This document shows, piece after piece, positions 38,201 through 50,620 of a stretch of DNA of 64,000 nucleotides (position 1 is the first letter of the stretch; every line of letters begins with the position of its first letter). A program made the translations under genes and the position numbers. This DNA is from Eledone cirrhosa (taxonomy: Eukaryota). Under the pieces are notes generated by a model that was given only the letters and a program-made list of their open reading frames with translations, did not search any database and was not told where the DNA came from. The stretch is from positions 350,486,001-350,550,000 of the forward strand of contig OZ024741.1 of NCBI GenBank assembly GCA_964016885.1. Direction: 5' to 3'.

Positions 38201-39055
38201 GTTAGAATCGCTGGATATTGCTCTATAATTCCATCTTGCATTATTCAAGTTAGGTATTTTTTGAAATTTCACTTTAGGAAATCTTCCTGTTTCTTCGAAA
38301 AAGCGGAAAACTAGAATTAAATGAAATAGAAAGTTCATATAGTCATGCCATTTCAGTAACCTCTTATTTACCATTCTTGAAATTTTTCTTCACCTGTTCG
38401 TAGTTATTTATAAGCTCACGGATAAACAGATATTCGATATTGGGTGATGTGTTATTTCCTCCAAGTTCGTCATCCATTTCTACGCGAAGCACTCAGTCAA
38501 GAACATGATGTTTACAGCTAATGGATCATGGTTTTTCCAGTTTCTTTTGAGAAAATAGTCTTTGTAACTGAACGACAATCCCATTCCTGCTCCCAGTGCT
38601 CACATCTGAAATGTCCGCAATAATTATTTTTATGCACTTCGATAAATTGTATTCATCCAGAACAGCAGTATCCGCTTTTTCATTTGGTAGACCTAATACA
38701 TCTAACTTAACCTCTCTTCTTTCATTCTTCAAAACGAGCACTTGATACTCTTTCGATCTGAAAATGATATAACCATTTGTCCTCACTACACAACCGAATT
38801 CACCACGCACGTCATACATTTTCAGAAAGTTATACAAGGCTCCAAAAAGTTCTAAAAGGTTCCAGAAAGTCATAGAAGACTCCAGAAAGTCATAGTACTA
38901 CTATACTTATATACAATTTTAGAAATTTCATGTTGGGGCGAATTTTTTTTTTAAATAAACAAAATTAAACCTTTCTTCATTATTTTTGAACAAAAGTTCA
39001 TCGAATTATGATACAGAAAATCAATTATTTTATAAAAAGTCAAAAAGTAATAACC

Positions 39056-39058
<3 letters not shown>
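38200..39058 (-). mobile_element. hAT-superfamily (hATm-like) DNA transposon relic
   Basis: D..DVSTGSRNG, SCKHHVLD (CxxH), NARWN; TAGGG terminus at 39058. Confidence 0.55.
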
Positions 39059-39105
<47 letters not shown>

Positions 39106-39128
39106 GAGTATACACACACATATATATA

Positions 39129-39649
39129 TCTATACCTAATCTAAAAGAAAGATGTTTATTGGTTGGTTGGGGGGGGGGGGCATCGCGTAATATTCTATAT
39201 TTAGGTATCCTTTTGACGTTTATAGGCATTTTTATGGACCGTTAAAGGTTGTGTTAGTTACTATGGCAATATCTATCTATCTTTCACACACTGTCTCTCC
39301 CTCGCCTAATAAATACGTTTTATTATTGGTGGATTGGCAGTATCGGTAGAGGGTCGGATGCCATGCTTTCCAGCATAGTTACGTTCCTTAACGATCTGAA
39401 TTCAAATCCCGCTGAGGTTGACTTTGCCTTTTATCCTTACGGGGTCGATAAAATAAAGTACCAGTAATGCACTGAGTATTTGCTGGCCTTGTGGCAAAAG
39501 TAGAAACAATTATTGTTTTTTTAATGTCTCTCTCACACACACACATTACGGTCTCACCTCATACCAGACAACACATCCAATACAGTCATTTTCTTTTCAT
39601 CCATCTTCTCTTAACTGTTCTCTCAGGCGAAGCCGGGTACCTCAGCTAA
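39129..39649 (+). mobile_element. Non-autonomous Helitron (second family) with a nested family-A SINE (about 39327-39512)
   Basis: 5' TCTATACCTAATCTAAAAG; 3' GGCGAAGCCGGGTACCTCAG-CTAA|T. Confidence 0.65.
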
Positions 39650-40029
39650 TGTATACATATACTGTAGTATAAGTTTGGTAGAAATATCCAAGAGTAAGGG
39701 CACTCAGTCGATAGGACGAGTTAAGTATAATTAATTGTTTCTACTTTAGGCACAAGGCCAGCAGCAATTAAATAGTGCATTACTGGTACTTTATTTTATC
39801 GACCCCGTAAGGATGAATGGCAAAGTCAACCTCGGCGGGATTTGAACTCAGATCGTAAAGGGACGTAACTATGCTGGAAAGCATGGTGTCTGACCCTCTA
39901 CCGATACTGCCAATCCACCGTCCTTAAGTATAATTAATTGTTTCTACTTTAGGCACAAGGCCAGCAATCACCCAGTACATTACTGGTACTTTATTTTATC
40001 GATCCCGTAAGGATGAAATACAGCATATA

Positions 40030-40170
40030 CAGGTACTTAAGTTTCCTTGGGTTATACACCCGAAATCATTCAGCCAAGTTTCCTTGTGTTATACACCCGA
40101 AATCATGCAGCCTTTTATATAACAGGCTGAATGAGTTGGGGTGTATAACCCAACGAAACTTAAGTACCTG
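40030..40170. mobile_element. Tc1/mariner-type MITE (about 47-bp TIRs, TA TSD), 115 bp upstream of the SMG8 ATG
   Basis: TA-CAGGTACTTAAGTTTC..TTGGGTTATACACCC..TCATTCAGCC and its reverse complement, followed by TA. Confidence 0.8.
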
Positions 40171-40285
40171 TATATCCCAATGTTATAACTAAATATATTC
40201 CCTGTAGATATCCTCACCAGTGAAAAGGTTCGTAAAATTTCAAGAGTTAGCTCCCTTCTATTTCCGCTCCAACACCACTGAAATC

Positions 40286-40329
40286 ATGACGCTTGGTTTG
40301 ACAGAACCATTTCCTCCATATGATTTAAC
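40286..40329 (+). CDS. SMG8: SMG8 exon 1 (MTLGLTEPFPPYDL-T)
   Basis: ATC-ATG start and AC|gtaagt donor; phase 2 matches exon 2. Peptide not recognisably conserved. Confidence 0.7.
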
Positions 40330-43269
40330 GTAAGTAAACTTATTCATTTTTTATATATATTTATAAATATATTCTTTATTTATTTACGGAATACTTCCTA
40401 GTATTTTACTGTCTAGGTTCAACATTTTACTCCCTGTTCTTTCTATAAAAGCCAGCTAACTGTTGTGTTTCACGCAGCTCTTCGCACATTCATCATCATT
40501 ATTATTTTTCAAAAATACCTCGTGTTCAAGTTTACTCACGCTTTAGAACCAAAGAAACCTGATTGAAATGATAACAACAGTGGAAACCTTTGTGCATTAT
40601 CACTGAAAAATATTTCAAATAAATTCAATATACAGCGAGTTCTTGTTATTTAGACCTTATGTAAACTCCGACTGACGAGACCTCTAGCTAAAAGCATTTC
40701 GTCTGACTAAATTTTCCAATGTCTTTCTGGTTTAAGTTTACTTTAAGACGGTAGAGTGTTATTAAGGAATATTTTGGCTGCTAATCATAGCAAGTCTAGC
40801 GACTACATAAGCTTCCGTGTCATTTTATGAGTACTAAATATGGCGGTATGATGATTATTATTATAAATTAAACTTTAATAATGTTTTATAAAAAAATATG
40901 ACATGGTATTATGTTTAATAATACTGTTGAAAATGCGAAATAGAATTTGTGTGTTTATGTTATTTTAAAGCAGAATTTTCTAAGCGGAGATCTGATAGTA
41001 ATCTAAATAGTAACCTGTGTCGGAATAATTTTGGATATCTTGTAATCTAGTCTTATAGTCTCAGTTTATTAAAATATACACCCCCCTCTCATAGTGAAGT
41101 CTCTACGAACTGAACATGTTTAACTACACCGTTATTTTAAGATGAGAGCCTTTGCGTGATATGCAAGAAATATCTGCTCAATCTACCCCGAATCACACCT
41201 TAACCGTCTTACATAAGGAAATGGTAGTCCTTAATATACAAAAAAAAAACAGGATGGTCACGACTGGAATGAGTTTGATCATAGACTTGTTCAAGTTGTG
41301 CTGATTTGGGACCAAACACTAGCAACTGTTGACATTGCGTTTAAATGTATTTACTAACTTCACTTTTTTATGTATCAATAGTTATATGTACTAGCAGAAA
41401 AACTGCTCCTCTGGCGGTTTTCTGCTAACATATGTAGTGTGCGTATTGGTTTTATACGCAAATATATATGCTTATAGATATGATATGTAAATTGAAAAGT
41501 AAATTGAGTATCTTCTTCGCCCACTTATTTCTGAGAAGATCGTGGGGGCAGAGTCCTCCCTAAACACTCTTTCCAGTTAGTCTGTCAGAAGCAAACATCT
41601 CTAACTGATCCAGTTGAATCCCAAAGCGTGACCAGCCAAGCTCATGGATGTTATCCAACTATCTTGCTCAGGGTCTACCTCTGGGTCTCTTGCTGGTTGG
41701 TTTTGCCGGTAAAATCTGTCCAGCGATTCTTTCCTGAGACATTCTAACCACATGCCCATAGTATCGGAACTGTGATCTCTCAATCCGGAGAAGTAGCTGC
41801 TCTACCAGGAGTGACTCTGATCTCTGAGCTTATGCCCTTTATCGAGTAACGTTACTCCAAAGATCCTTCTGAGGAACCCCATTTCTGCCGTCTGTATTTG
41901 CAATTGTATTCTTTCGGTCATTACCCAAGATTCATGACCCAGCCCGATCAATTGGTGGTGGCTGCTTTTGATAGGATCCTCTAGAAGGTTTGTCCCTCTC
42001 AGGAATAAGTGATGGACAAAGAAGTTAATTTGTTTTCCAATCTATTAATACACATCCAGAAACAAAGATTAAGAAGTGTTTAAGTTGTACTCTGTATAGA
42101 ATAGAAGTAGCCTGAAGCTTGTCTGTTTATTTTTAAACCAGTACACCCATTTGTATAGCTATTATATGCCACAGCAATACATTATCCTCTTTAACAACAC
42201 CACACAGTCCCCAAGGTGTTTTTTAGAAGAGTTTACTCTGTTACATACATTTGAACCAGACTCCAGCTACCTTTGAACAATGACTTGCATTTTTTTATTT
42301 TTTAGCTCCAATAACGAACCATGACAATCATCTTTTTGGTTTCTGTATATTCTAAACTGGTAACAGATTGGTAGTTATTACAATGTCCGATAGAAAGCTT
42401 TGCGGTATTAATTCCGGCTCTCTGTGCTCTGAGTTTAAATCCTGCCAAGGTCAACCTTGCCTTTGAAGATTGATTAAAAAAGTACTAGTCGAATACTGTA
42501 GTCAATTCTTTCTCATTTCTTCTCTATCACTTTTTCACCATCTCTGGAAGAAATTGGCTGTGTTCAGACCTGGAGAGGGGATGGGCTCTTGTATATTTTA
42601 AGTGTTAAAAAAAGTCATATGTCACTATGGTGTTCTCACAACCCCATCAGGAGTTATAGGTTCAAGAGAAAGAGATACTCTGGACTACTATGAACTCCTT
42701 GATGGAGCTTCTTTAAAATAAAACCCATTAAATGAAATAGAAAAATAGTGACTAACATAAAACATTCTAGTGCCCAGCATTTGATGTTTCATTCTGTGTG
42801 TGGAGGAAACAGTAAAGTACCTCACTGAATTTGTATCCTAAAACCTTTATTACAAGGTGTAGCATTTATTGTTTTAGATCACCATGTTGACTTTGATACA
42901 ACCACTCTACTTACAGTCATGTTCTTGGCCATGTTGTTAAGAAACAATTCGCTATGACGTGGTTCTGGGTTTGATCCTACTTCGTGGCACATTGAGTTGA
43001 CTAAAGCCTTGTAGAGGAAATCTGGTAGACAGAAGATTTGTGGAAGCCTGTAAGACAGACTAGATCTGTTCTTGGCTGATAGATTTAATCATTGACTGGT
43101 TTTACACTACCTCTTGATCCTTCAGTGCCTTTAGTAAATGCCACTTTGTTAGAAGTATTGAGATTAATTGTCTTCCACCTATCTCAGAGACTCTGTAAAA
43201 CTTTCAAGAGTACTGCTTTTCCTACTTTGATTAAGACTTAATTTTTATTTATTTATTGTTGTTGTAGTC

Positions 43270-44140
43270 ACATTCTTTATAAAACGAAGAAAGAAACCCC
43301 AGCAACATTGGAAAAGTTGTGCCTATCATTAATAAACATAATATCCAACATGACACATTGAATGCTAAAAAGTAAACTTGGTAAAAACAAAAGTTCAAGT
43401 AGGAAAGAAGACAAAACTCTGATTCCATCAGGGAAGTGGCCTTGCCTGATATAATGGAAAGTAGTAGGTAGAAATTGTATATGATGTACACAATTTAAAT
43501 CTTGGGTACACAAGAGGTGTAATGGGATATCAGGCAAGCTAACAAAAAAAAAATAGACTTTGTATGTAGCAGATGCACAGGGATAGTTGTGAAACAAATT
43601 TTTTCCAATTCCAGGAAGGTTCCATGGCTACCTAGGCAATCTAATTAGCAGTGGAGGAGGTTGCATTGAGAGCATAGTAGCTAGTATAAGAACAAGATGG
43701 AAAAAGTTCAAGGAACTACTATTACCTTTGGTGGCAAAAGATTTCTCTCTATGAAAGAAAGATTCACTGTATGATGCCTGTGTGCAATGTATGATGTTGC
43801 ATGGCAGTGAGACATGGCTATTGAATTCTGAGAATATGTGAAGGCTGGAGAGAAATGAAAGAAGCATGCTTCGATGGATGTGTAGTGCTAAAGGAATCAA
43901 ATGTAGGGTGCATGAGAGAAGACTTTACTGGTATGCTCATGTGATGCATATGGATAAGGATCATTGTGTGAAGTGCCAAGGATTCTCAGTGGAAGAAAGC
44001 TGCAGTAGAGGGAGACCAAGGAAGACCTGGGCAGAGGTTGTAAGAACTGATTTAAAATTGCTGAAGCTCACAAAGGACCATGGTGAGTGGAGGGATGCTG
44101 TACTGAAAAAGACCTGTCCAACCTATGCAAGCACTATGAA
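43270..44140 (+). mobile_element. Degraded PHD-type RTE 3' fragment in SMG8 intron 1
   Basis: IPSGKWPC, WVHKRC, LHGSETW, RGRPRKTWAEV. Confidence 0.85.
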
Positions 44141-44238
44141 ATCTGAAAATAACCATTTCCTGAAACTGAGTTTATTGGGTGTAGTGTTGGAAGATATCAC
44201 TGTTTTTGTTATAGTCTTTTTATTTCTTTATCTTGCAG

Positions 44239-44359
44239 TAACTTGGCACAAAAGAATTCTAAAGTATGTGTTGTGTCCATTATTGGGAAAAGCAGTTATT
44301 GTGCTTTTACTTCAAAAGCCAGTTTGTTGAATCCATCTATCGGCAAAGATGTTTTTAAG
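44239..44359 (+). CDS. SMG8: SMG8 exon 2 (NLAQKNSKVCVVSIIGKS...KDVFK)
   Basis: ttgcag/gtaagc boundaries; VCVVSIIGK matches the SMG8 N-terminal CVVG.FGK motif. Confidence 0.9.
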
Positions 44360-44569
44360 GTAAGCCAATAAAGTCTTAACTTTTTTCATGAAATTTCAGT
44401 TGTTTTCTGTTGCAGTTGATGTTGTTGTTAAGCCATGGGTCAGCTCTGATTCAGCAGACCTATGATAAATTAGCAATAGCACTAACATAGTAATAATAGA
44501 TATGTATATGAAGGCATATATAATGTGTTTATGTATAATAAACAATAATTTCACTATGAATTAATTCTA

Positions 44570-45610
44570 GATGGCCAAGTTCGCTCTATTTGCAAATGAC
44601 CATCTCCATCCAATGTTGCATATGAAAATAAGCTTTTAGCTTATTCTTGTCTCTATACTGACTGGGTAAATGTTACTAATGAGAGATAAAAATCCAGAAA
44701 TGTGTGTCTGGCATTTTCACTCGCTACTGATCAGGTTCTGTAAACTGATCTTAAATTTGTTAAAATATGAGATACCAAGTCACATAAAGGAGATTATCAT
44801 AAAGTTCATCCTATTGAGATTAAAGAGGTTTCCAGTAGTATAAAATCAGATTCAAATATCCTCTTCATCTGTAACTAAAAGCAGAAGACAACATTGTTAC
44901 AAAGGAAATAGAATATCAACCTGCTTTCACCATATTCCACAGCAAAGAGTTCTGAAAGTATCCCACCAAAATTGTTCCTACTCTTTATATCTTTATGCAG
45001 TGATTTAATAATTTTAACAAATTTGTACAAGCATCCATACATTTTCAAGACAACCCACAGTATCAAAGCCTTAGAAGGTTCAATGAAAAGGTGATACAAA
45101 AGCATATTTTGTTCAATACACTTTTCCAGAAGTAGACGAACAGTAAATATCAAATCAATTATCCCCCTTGATGATCTTGCCCCCTTAATGTGATTCTGGA
45201 ACAATTATTGGAACATGTTTATTTAGTTGCTCCAAAAGTATACAAGCCAGTACTTTCTCCACTAATAATAGAAGGGATATTACATAAATATTTATCGATC
45301 TTTTGGCCTGATTTGAATAGTGATATAAGAACTGTGTCTATCCAGTCTTGTGAGACTTCTTCATTCCAGTGAAAAACAATCAATGAGTGAAGAAAGTCAA
45401 TCATTTGCTCCCCACCACACTATAGAAGCTCTGTAATTATGCCATCCATACCTGGGGCATTATTGTTATTTAGGTTTCCTACTGCTAGTCATATATATTC
45501 TATTGAAGGTGTTAATCATTTCTTATAGTTCAATAGAATTGATTAAATTTGTTAACTTCAGAAAGCTTACTGAGAAGTTCTGAATAATGTTCCACCCAAT
45601 GTTTTTAAAG
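44570..45610 (-). mobile_element. Old RTE/BovB-like relic
   Basis: RGIIDLIFTVRLLLEKCIEQ, GCLYKFVKIIKSLH. Confidence 0.65.
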
Positions 45611-46006
45611 TAGATACATTATCTTTATAAAGTGTTGAACCATCTTTTGGGCACCCCTGGTCTAGTGCAAGGCCTTTCTTCACTTAAAAAAGCTTCAAGC
45701 ACAGCCATCACTTGAGCTAAACATCTTTCATATGCTTTGCATGAACATTGCATGCTGTAGCCAAAAAATGCTCTTTTCTTTTTCATGCCACCCATGGTTG
45801 GGAGGGGGATCAAGTGATGGCAATTTTTGAAATTGTATGTGTATGCATGCATGTTCACTTTTCATATAATACTGTGATTTTCATTCAAACATTTTTATTA
45901 AAAATTTGAATACTTTAATTAAGAGAAGCAGTATGGTATTTCAAGGGTTATGGCAAAATGTTATTTATATCACTTATGTTTCTCTTGTATTTTCTTTCCA
46001 TTGCAG

Positions 46007-46042
46007 GGTTTAGATGATTCTTACGTCAACGGCATTGCTGAG
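46007..46042 (+). CDS. SMG8: SMG8 exon 3, 36 nt (GLDDSYVNGIAE)
   Basis: Strong polypyrimidine tract and ttgcag acceptor, GAG|gtatga donor, phase 0/0. Confidence 0.75.
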
Positions 46043-46069
46043 GTATGATATTTTATTAATATTATTATT

Positions 46070-46850
46070 AGCAGTATTGGTAACCATGCTTTGCAGCATA
46101 GTTACGACCCATTACGTTCTGAGTTCAAATCCCGCCAAGGTTAGCTTTGTCTTTCATCCTTACAGGGTCGATAAAATAAAGCACCAGTAATGCACTGGGG
46201 TAATTGCTGGCCTTGTGCCAAAAGTAGAAACATTATTATTATTATTATTGGCAGTCTCAGTAGAATGTTGGACACCATGCTTTGCAACATAGAGTTACGC
46301 CCCTTTACGTTCTGAGTTCAAATACCGCCAAGGTTAACTTTGCCTTTCATCCTTATGGGTTTGATGAAATAAAACACCAGTAATGCACTGGGGTAATTGC
46401 TGGCCTTGTGCCAAAAGTAGAAACAATTATTATTATTGTGGATTGGCAGTATCGGTAGTAGGTCGGATGCCATTCTTTGCAGCATAGAGTTACGGTCTGA
46501 GTTCCAATCCCGCCGAGGTTAACTTTGCCTTTCATCCTTACGGGGTCGATAAAATAAAGTACCAGTCACGCACTAGGGTCGATTTAATCGTCTTTACCCC
46601 TCCCCCAAAATTGCTGGCCTTGTGCCTATATAAGAAACCATTATTATTATTATTGGCACTCAGTAGAATGTCAGACACCATGCATTGCAGCATAGAGTTA
46701 CGCCCCTTTACGTTCTGGGTTCAAATACCGATTTGCTTTCATCCTTACGGGGTTGATAAAATAAAGTACCAGTAATGTACTGGGGTTGATTTAATCGACT
46801 TTACCCTCCTCTACAAATTGCTGTTCTTGTAGAAACAATTATTATTATTG
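46070..46850 (+). mobile_element. Array of about 4 head-to-tail family-A SINEs (other copies: 32500-32690, 33185-33320, 39730-40020, 47620-47915, 48217-48520, 49040-49250, 49697-50240, 60710-60897)
   Basis: Repeated head, core and (ATT)n tail. Confidence 0.85.
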
Positions 46851-47044
46851 GTCACTTATTATTGCTCGCTCCCAGTAAGTTCATTTATTTACCTGTTATA
46901 ATTATTTGTTGCTTAATTTTTCTTGTGTAAGGGATATAAGCCCTTGGACTTTGCCCTGTGAAGGGGAAAGTATAATATTTGGGCCTTTTGGCTCAAATAT
47001 TTGATATAATATTTGAACATTTTACTTTTAAAAATTAAAAAAAA

Positions 47045-47605
47045 ACATGGCTGAGCCCCCCCGAATATGTCTGTTGTTGTGTGACAACGGCGTAAAAGTT
47101 GAGAGGAGGGTTACAGAAACTCATACAACAAACACCACCACAAACAACGAGAACAAAGACAACAACACGCGTTTGAAAGGGCTGAAGATGAGCACTTACT
47201 TCTTCGGTGATGCTCTGATTAACTTTTTCAAATTTCATTTGAAAAGGAAAATCAGGGTAGAAAGAGAAGTGCTCTCTTCCCAGCATTTTGTTGAAAGATG
47301 GGTGAGAGAGGCAAGAATGGCCTGAGTGAATGGGCCTACTCTGAGTATGTGCCTGTAAATTGAAAGTGGAAAACTGGGAGAGGGCACTTGCCCTGGAGGC
47401 CAGGGTCGCCGTGGCTTTTTTAATGTGCTTTCTCCACGAATTTCCCTTGGAAGTCTGCCCCCTATTGGGGAATTTTTCATTGTTTCTTTTTTTGTTACAC
47501 CCTCTGGTTTTGTTTTTTTTACACACAGAAATGCCCATTTGTACCGTCCTGTATTGTCCTTAATGTTTTACTTTGTATCAACCCTTGTGGTTAATAAAGA
47601 AAGCA
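47045..47605 (+). mobile_element. 3' fragment of a LINE-like repeat (possibly L1/Tx1 group); possibly related fragment near 52730-52990 (-)
   Basis: LINFFKFHLKRKIRVERE..F.ERW C-terminus, T-rich 3' UTR, AATAAA. Confidence 0.45.
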
Positions 47606-47938
47606 TTGTTATTATTATTTTTGACAGTCTCGTTAGAATGTCAGACACCATGCTTAGCAGCATAGTTACGCCCTTTTATGTTCTGAGTTCAAATCCCGCC
47701 GAGGTTAACTTTGCCTTTCATCCTTATGGGTTCGATAAAATAAAGCACCAGTAATGTACGGGGGTCGATTTAATCGACTTTCCCTCCCCCCCCCCAAATT
47801 ACTGGCCTTGTGCCTATACTATAAATCATTATTATTGGCAGTATAGGTAGAACCTCAGAAACCATGCTTTGCAGCATAGAGTTATTGCCCTTTATGTTCA
47901 AATACCGTCAAGGTTATATATTTGTTTGTTTTTTTCAG

Positions 47939-47987
47939 GGATGAAATAGAATATTACTATGACACATCAAATCATGTCGTCTACCTT
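47939..47987 (+). pseudogene. Partial duplicate of SMG8 exon 4 with its own acceptor and a GTATGT donor (candidate poison exon)
   Basis: ttttttcag|G-GATGAAATAGAATATTACTATGACACATCAAATCATGTCGTCTACCTT|gtatgt versus exon 4 at 48883. Confidence 0.75.
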
Positions 47988-48049
47988 GTATGTAAATATA
48001 CATATGTATATATACATATTTATAAAAACATACGTACATATGTATTTAT

Positions 48050-48830
48050 ACCGATTGTGTTGTTATTTCTGTTTACCTTTTACATACATATATATCAATG
48101 CTTGCATGGACCTCTCAAATTCGTTGGATTCTCACTCTGAAACTGGATATAGACCTGGCGGTTACCTGAACTTCCACCAGGATATCTTTTCGTATCTCTG
48201 ATAGAGAGTCGTATATTTAAATAATTGTTTCTACTTTAGGCACAAGGCCAGCAATTATCCAGTGCATTACTGATACTTTATTTTATATTTTTTTTAATTT
48301 TATTTTATATTTTATATTTTATATTTTATATTTAAATAATTGTTTCTACTTTAGGCACAAGGCCAGCAATTACCCAGTGCATTACTGGTACTTTATTTTA
48401 TCGACCCCGTAAGGATGAAAGGCAAAGTCAACCTCGGCGGGATTTGAACTCAGGCCGTAAAGGGACGTAACTATGCTGCAAAGCATGGCGTCCGACCCTC
48501 TACCGATACTGCCAATCCATCACCCTAGAAGCAAAGAAAATATCACTTTTCCTCTACTAAAATATTCATACTTCCACCTTCTTCTTTTCACCTGTCTATT
48601 TTTCTCTCCCACCCTAGTACCTTCAACATGCCCAATCTCAAATCTTTTCAAAAAACATTTTTTCCAATTCCACTCCACCCATCCCTTCAATCTTTCTAAT
48701 TTCTCATTCTTTCTTCTGATGAAGGAGTAGCGTGCAGAAACGTTAAGACCTCTTCCTTCTATTTTAAGTGTTAACCTAATATATTCCTTCCTGTACCGAT
48801 TGTGTTGTTATTTCTGTTTACTTTTTACAT

Positions 48831-48835
<5 letters not shown>
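48050..48835 (+). mobile_element. Penelope-like relic with a direct terminal repeat (48051-48092 / 48797-48835), hammerhead remnant at 48712-48748 and nested SINE
   Basis: Duplicated CCGATTGTGTTGTTATTTCTGTTTAC..TTTACATACA; UCUU-CUGAUGA...GAAACGUU-AAGA; homologous to 17100-17237. Confidence 0.55.
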
Positions 48836-48868
<33 letters not shown>

Positions 48869-48882
48869 TTTGTTTTTTGCAG

Positions 48883-49005
48883 GATGAAATAGAATATTAC
48901 TATGATACTTCCAATCATGTCGTCTACCTCCATTACAGTTCCTTACTTGACAGCTACCGTTTGGCTACCTTGTGTCAAAAGCTGGACACTGATGTTGCAC
49001 AACAG
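48883..49005 (+). CDS. SMG8: SMG8 exon 4 (DEIEYYYDTSNHVVYLHYSSLLD...DVAQQ)
   Basis: ttgcag/gtatag boundaries, phase 0/0; resembles the SMG8 YY.....V.YL...S..D block. Confidence 0.9.
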
Positions 49006-49617
49006 GTATAGTTGTTTTTATTTATTATTATTATCTATAAGGGCGGTGTATGGGTAGTACCGGTAGACCATCGGATAACGTGCTTTGTGGCATGTAGTTA
49101 CGACCCTTTACATTCTGAGTTCAAATCCCACTGAGGTTACCTTTGCTTTTCAACCTTTCTGGGTTGTAAAAATAAAGTACCAGTAATGCACTGGGGTCAA
49201 TTTAATTGATCCCCCCCGAATTGTTGGCCTTTTACCTGAATTAGAAACATTTCATTTCATTTTATTTCATTTTACGTCCGCTTTTCCCTGCTTGCAAGGG
49301 TGGGACGGAACTGATTCTGGCTTGATTTCTACAGCTGGATGCCCTTCCTAACACCAACCTCATTTACAGTGAGTGCTGGGTGCTTTTTTGCCGTGGCACC
49401 TCGGCGACCACTTTGCAGTGGAATGATAGGGAACCCAGTCCCTATCATCTCATTTCTACAGCTGAGTAAAGTGGAGCAATGTGAAATAAAGTGTCTTGCT
49501 CAAGGAAACAACACATCACCCGGTCTGAGAATTGAACTTACAACCTTTCGATTGCAAGGCCAATGCTCTAACCACTAAGCCATGTGCCTCCATATTTAAA
49601 CCATTATTATTATTATA

Positions 49618-49689
49618 CAAGGTGTCCCCAAAAATGAATACACATTAGAATGTTGTTGAAGTGTGTATACATTTTTTGGGGACATCCTG
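49618..49689. mobile_element. 72-bp Tc1/mariner-type mini-MITE
   Basis: TA-CAAGGTGTCCCCAAAAATG...CATTTTTTGGGGACATCCTG-TA. Confidence 0.7.
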
Positions 49690-50536
49690 TATATAAGGGC
49701 AGTAGATTGGCACTACAAGTAGTGTTGGTCAACATGCTTTGTGGCACATAGTTACGTCCCTTTATATTCTGGGCTCAAATCCCACCAAGATTAGCTCTAC
49801 CTTTCATCCTTAGTACACTGGGGTCGATAAAATAAAGTTCCAGTAATACCGTGGGGTTGATTATTCAGACTGTGGAGCAGCAGTGGACTGGCAGATTAAT
49901 TAGAATGTCAGACAAAAATACTTTGCTGCATTTGTCTTGGCACTTTACATTCTTAATTCAAATTCTGTGATGGTCAACTTCACCTTTCATTCTTCTTGGG
50001 TTGATAAAATAAAGTACCAGTCAAATACAGATGTCAATCTTATCGACTTTCCTCTCATCAAAAATTGCTGATCTTGTGCTTAATTAGAAATAATTATTAG
50101 GGCTGTAGTTTGGCAGAATCATTAGTGTGTCTGACAAAATATAATATGGTATTTAGTTATAGTCCTTTATGTTCCGAGTTCAAATCCTGGCAGATTCAAC
50201 TTTGCCTTTCATCCTTCCAGAACTGATAAAATAATGTACCAGTAAAGACATTGAATTTGCAGAATCATTTGAGCATTAGATAGATTAACTTGTGGTATTT
50301 GTTCTGGCTCCCAGTCAATATATCTTTGTAAGTAGGTACAGTACAGTAAATAACATAGTACACTGTGAGCAGGACTCAGGACTGTCAATGCCCCAGTCAA
50401 TATATACAGTATGTCAATTATTGTATATAGCTATTTCAGATCATTAATTACAAATCCCTGAACTCAGTTGACACAATTAAGTCATAAATAATTATCTATT
50501 TGTCAATATCAACATTAGTATTTTTTTTTTAATCAG

Positions 50537-50620
50537 GATTTCCACACAATCTGGGAGACAGAAGAATTCCATCATGCAAAAACCTGGCTCCTGTTGTTCT
50601 GCATCTCTCACATTGTTCTG
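50537..50620 (+). CDS. SMG8: SMG8 exon 5 (DFHTIWETEE...LLLFCISHIVL)
   Basis: atcag/gtaagt boundaries; matches SMG8 LF..CHI.L. Confidence 0.92.

Noticed and set aside
40670-40720. CTGACGAGAC as a hammerhead core
   Set aside because: No properly placed GAAA or stem II; it resembles an old dispersed repeat also seen near 44440, 50735 and 61790.
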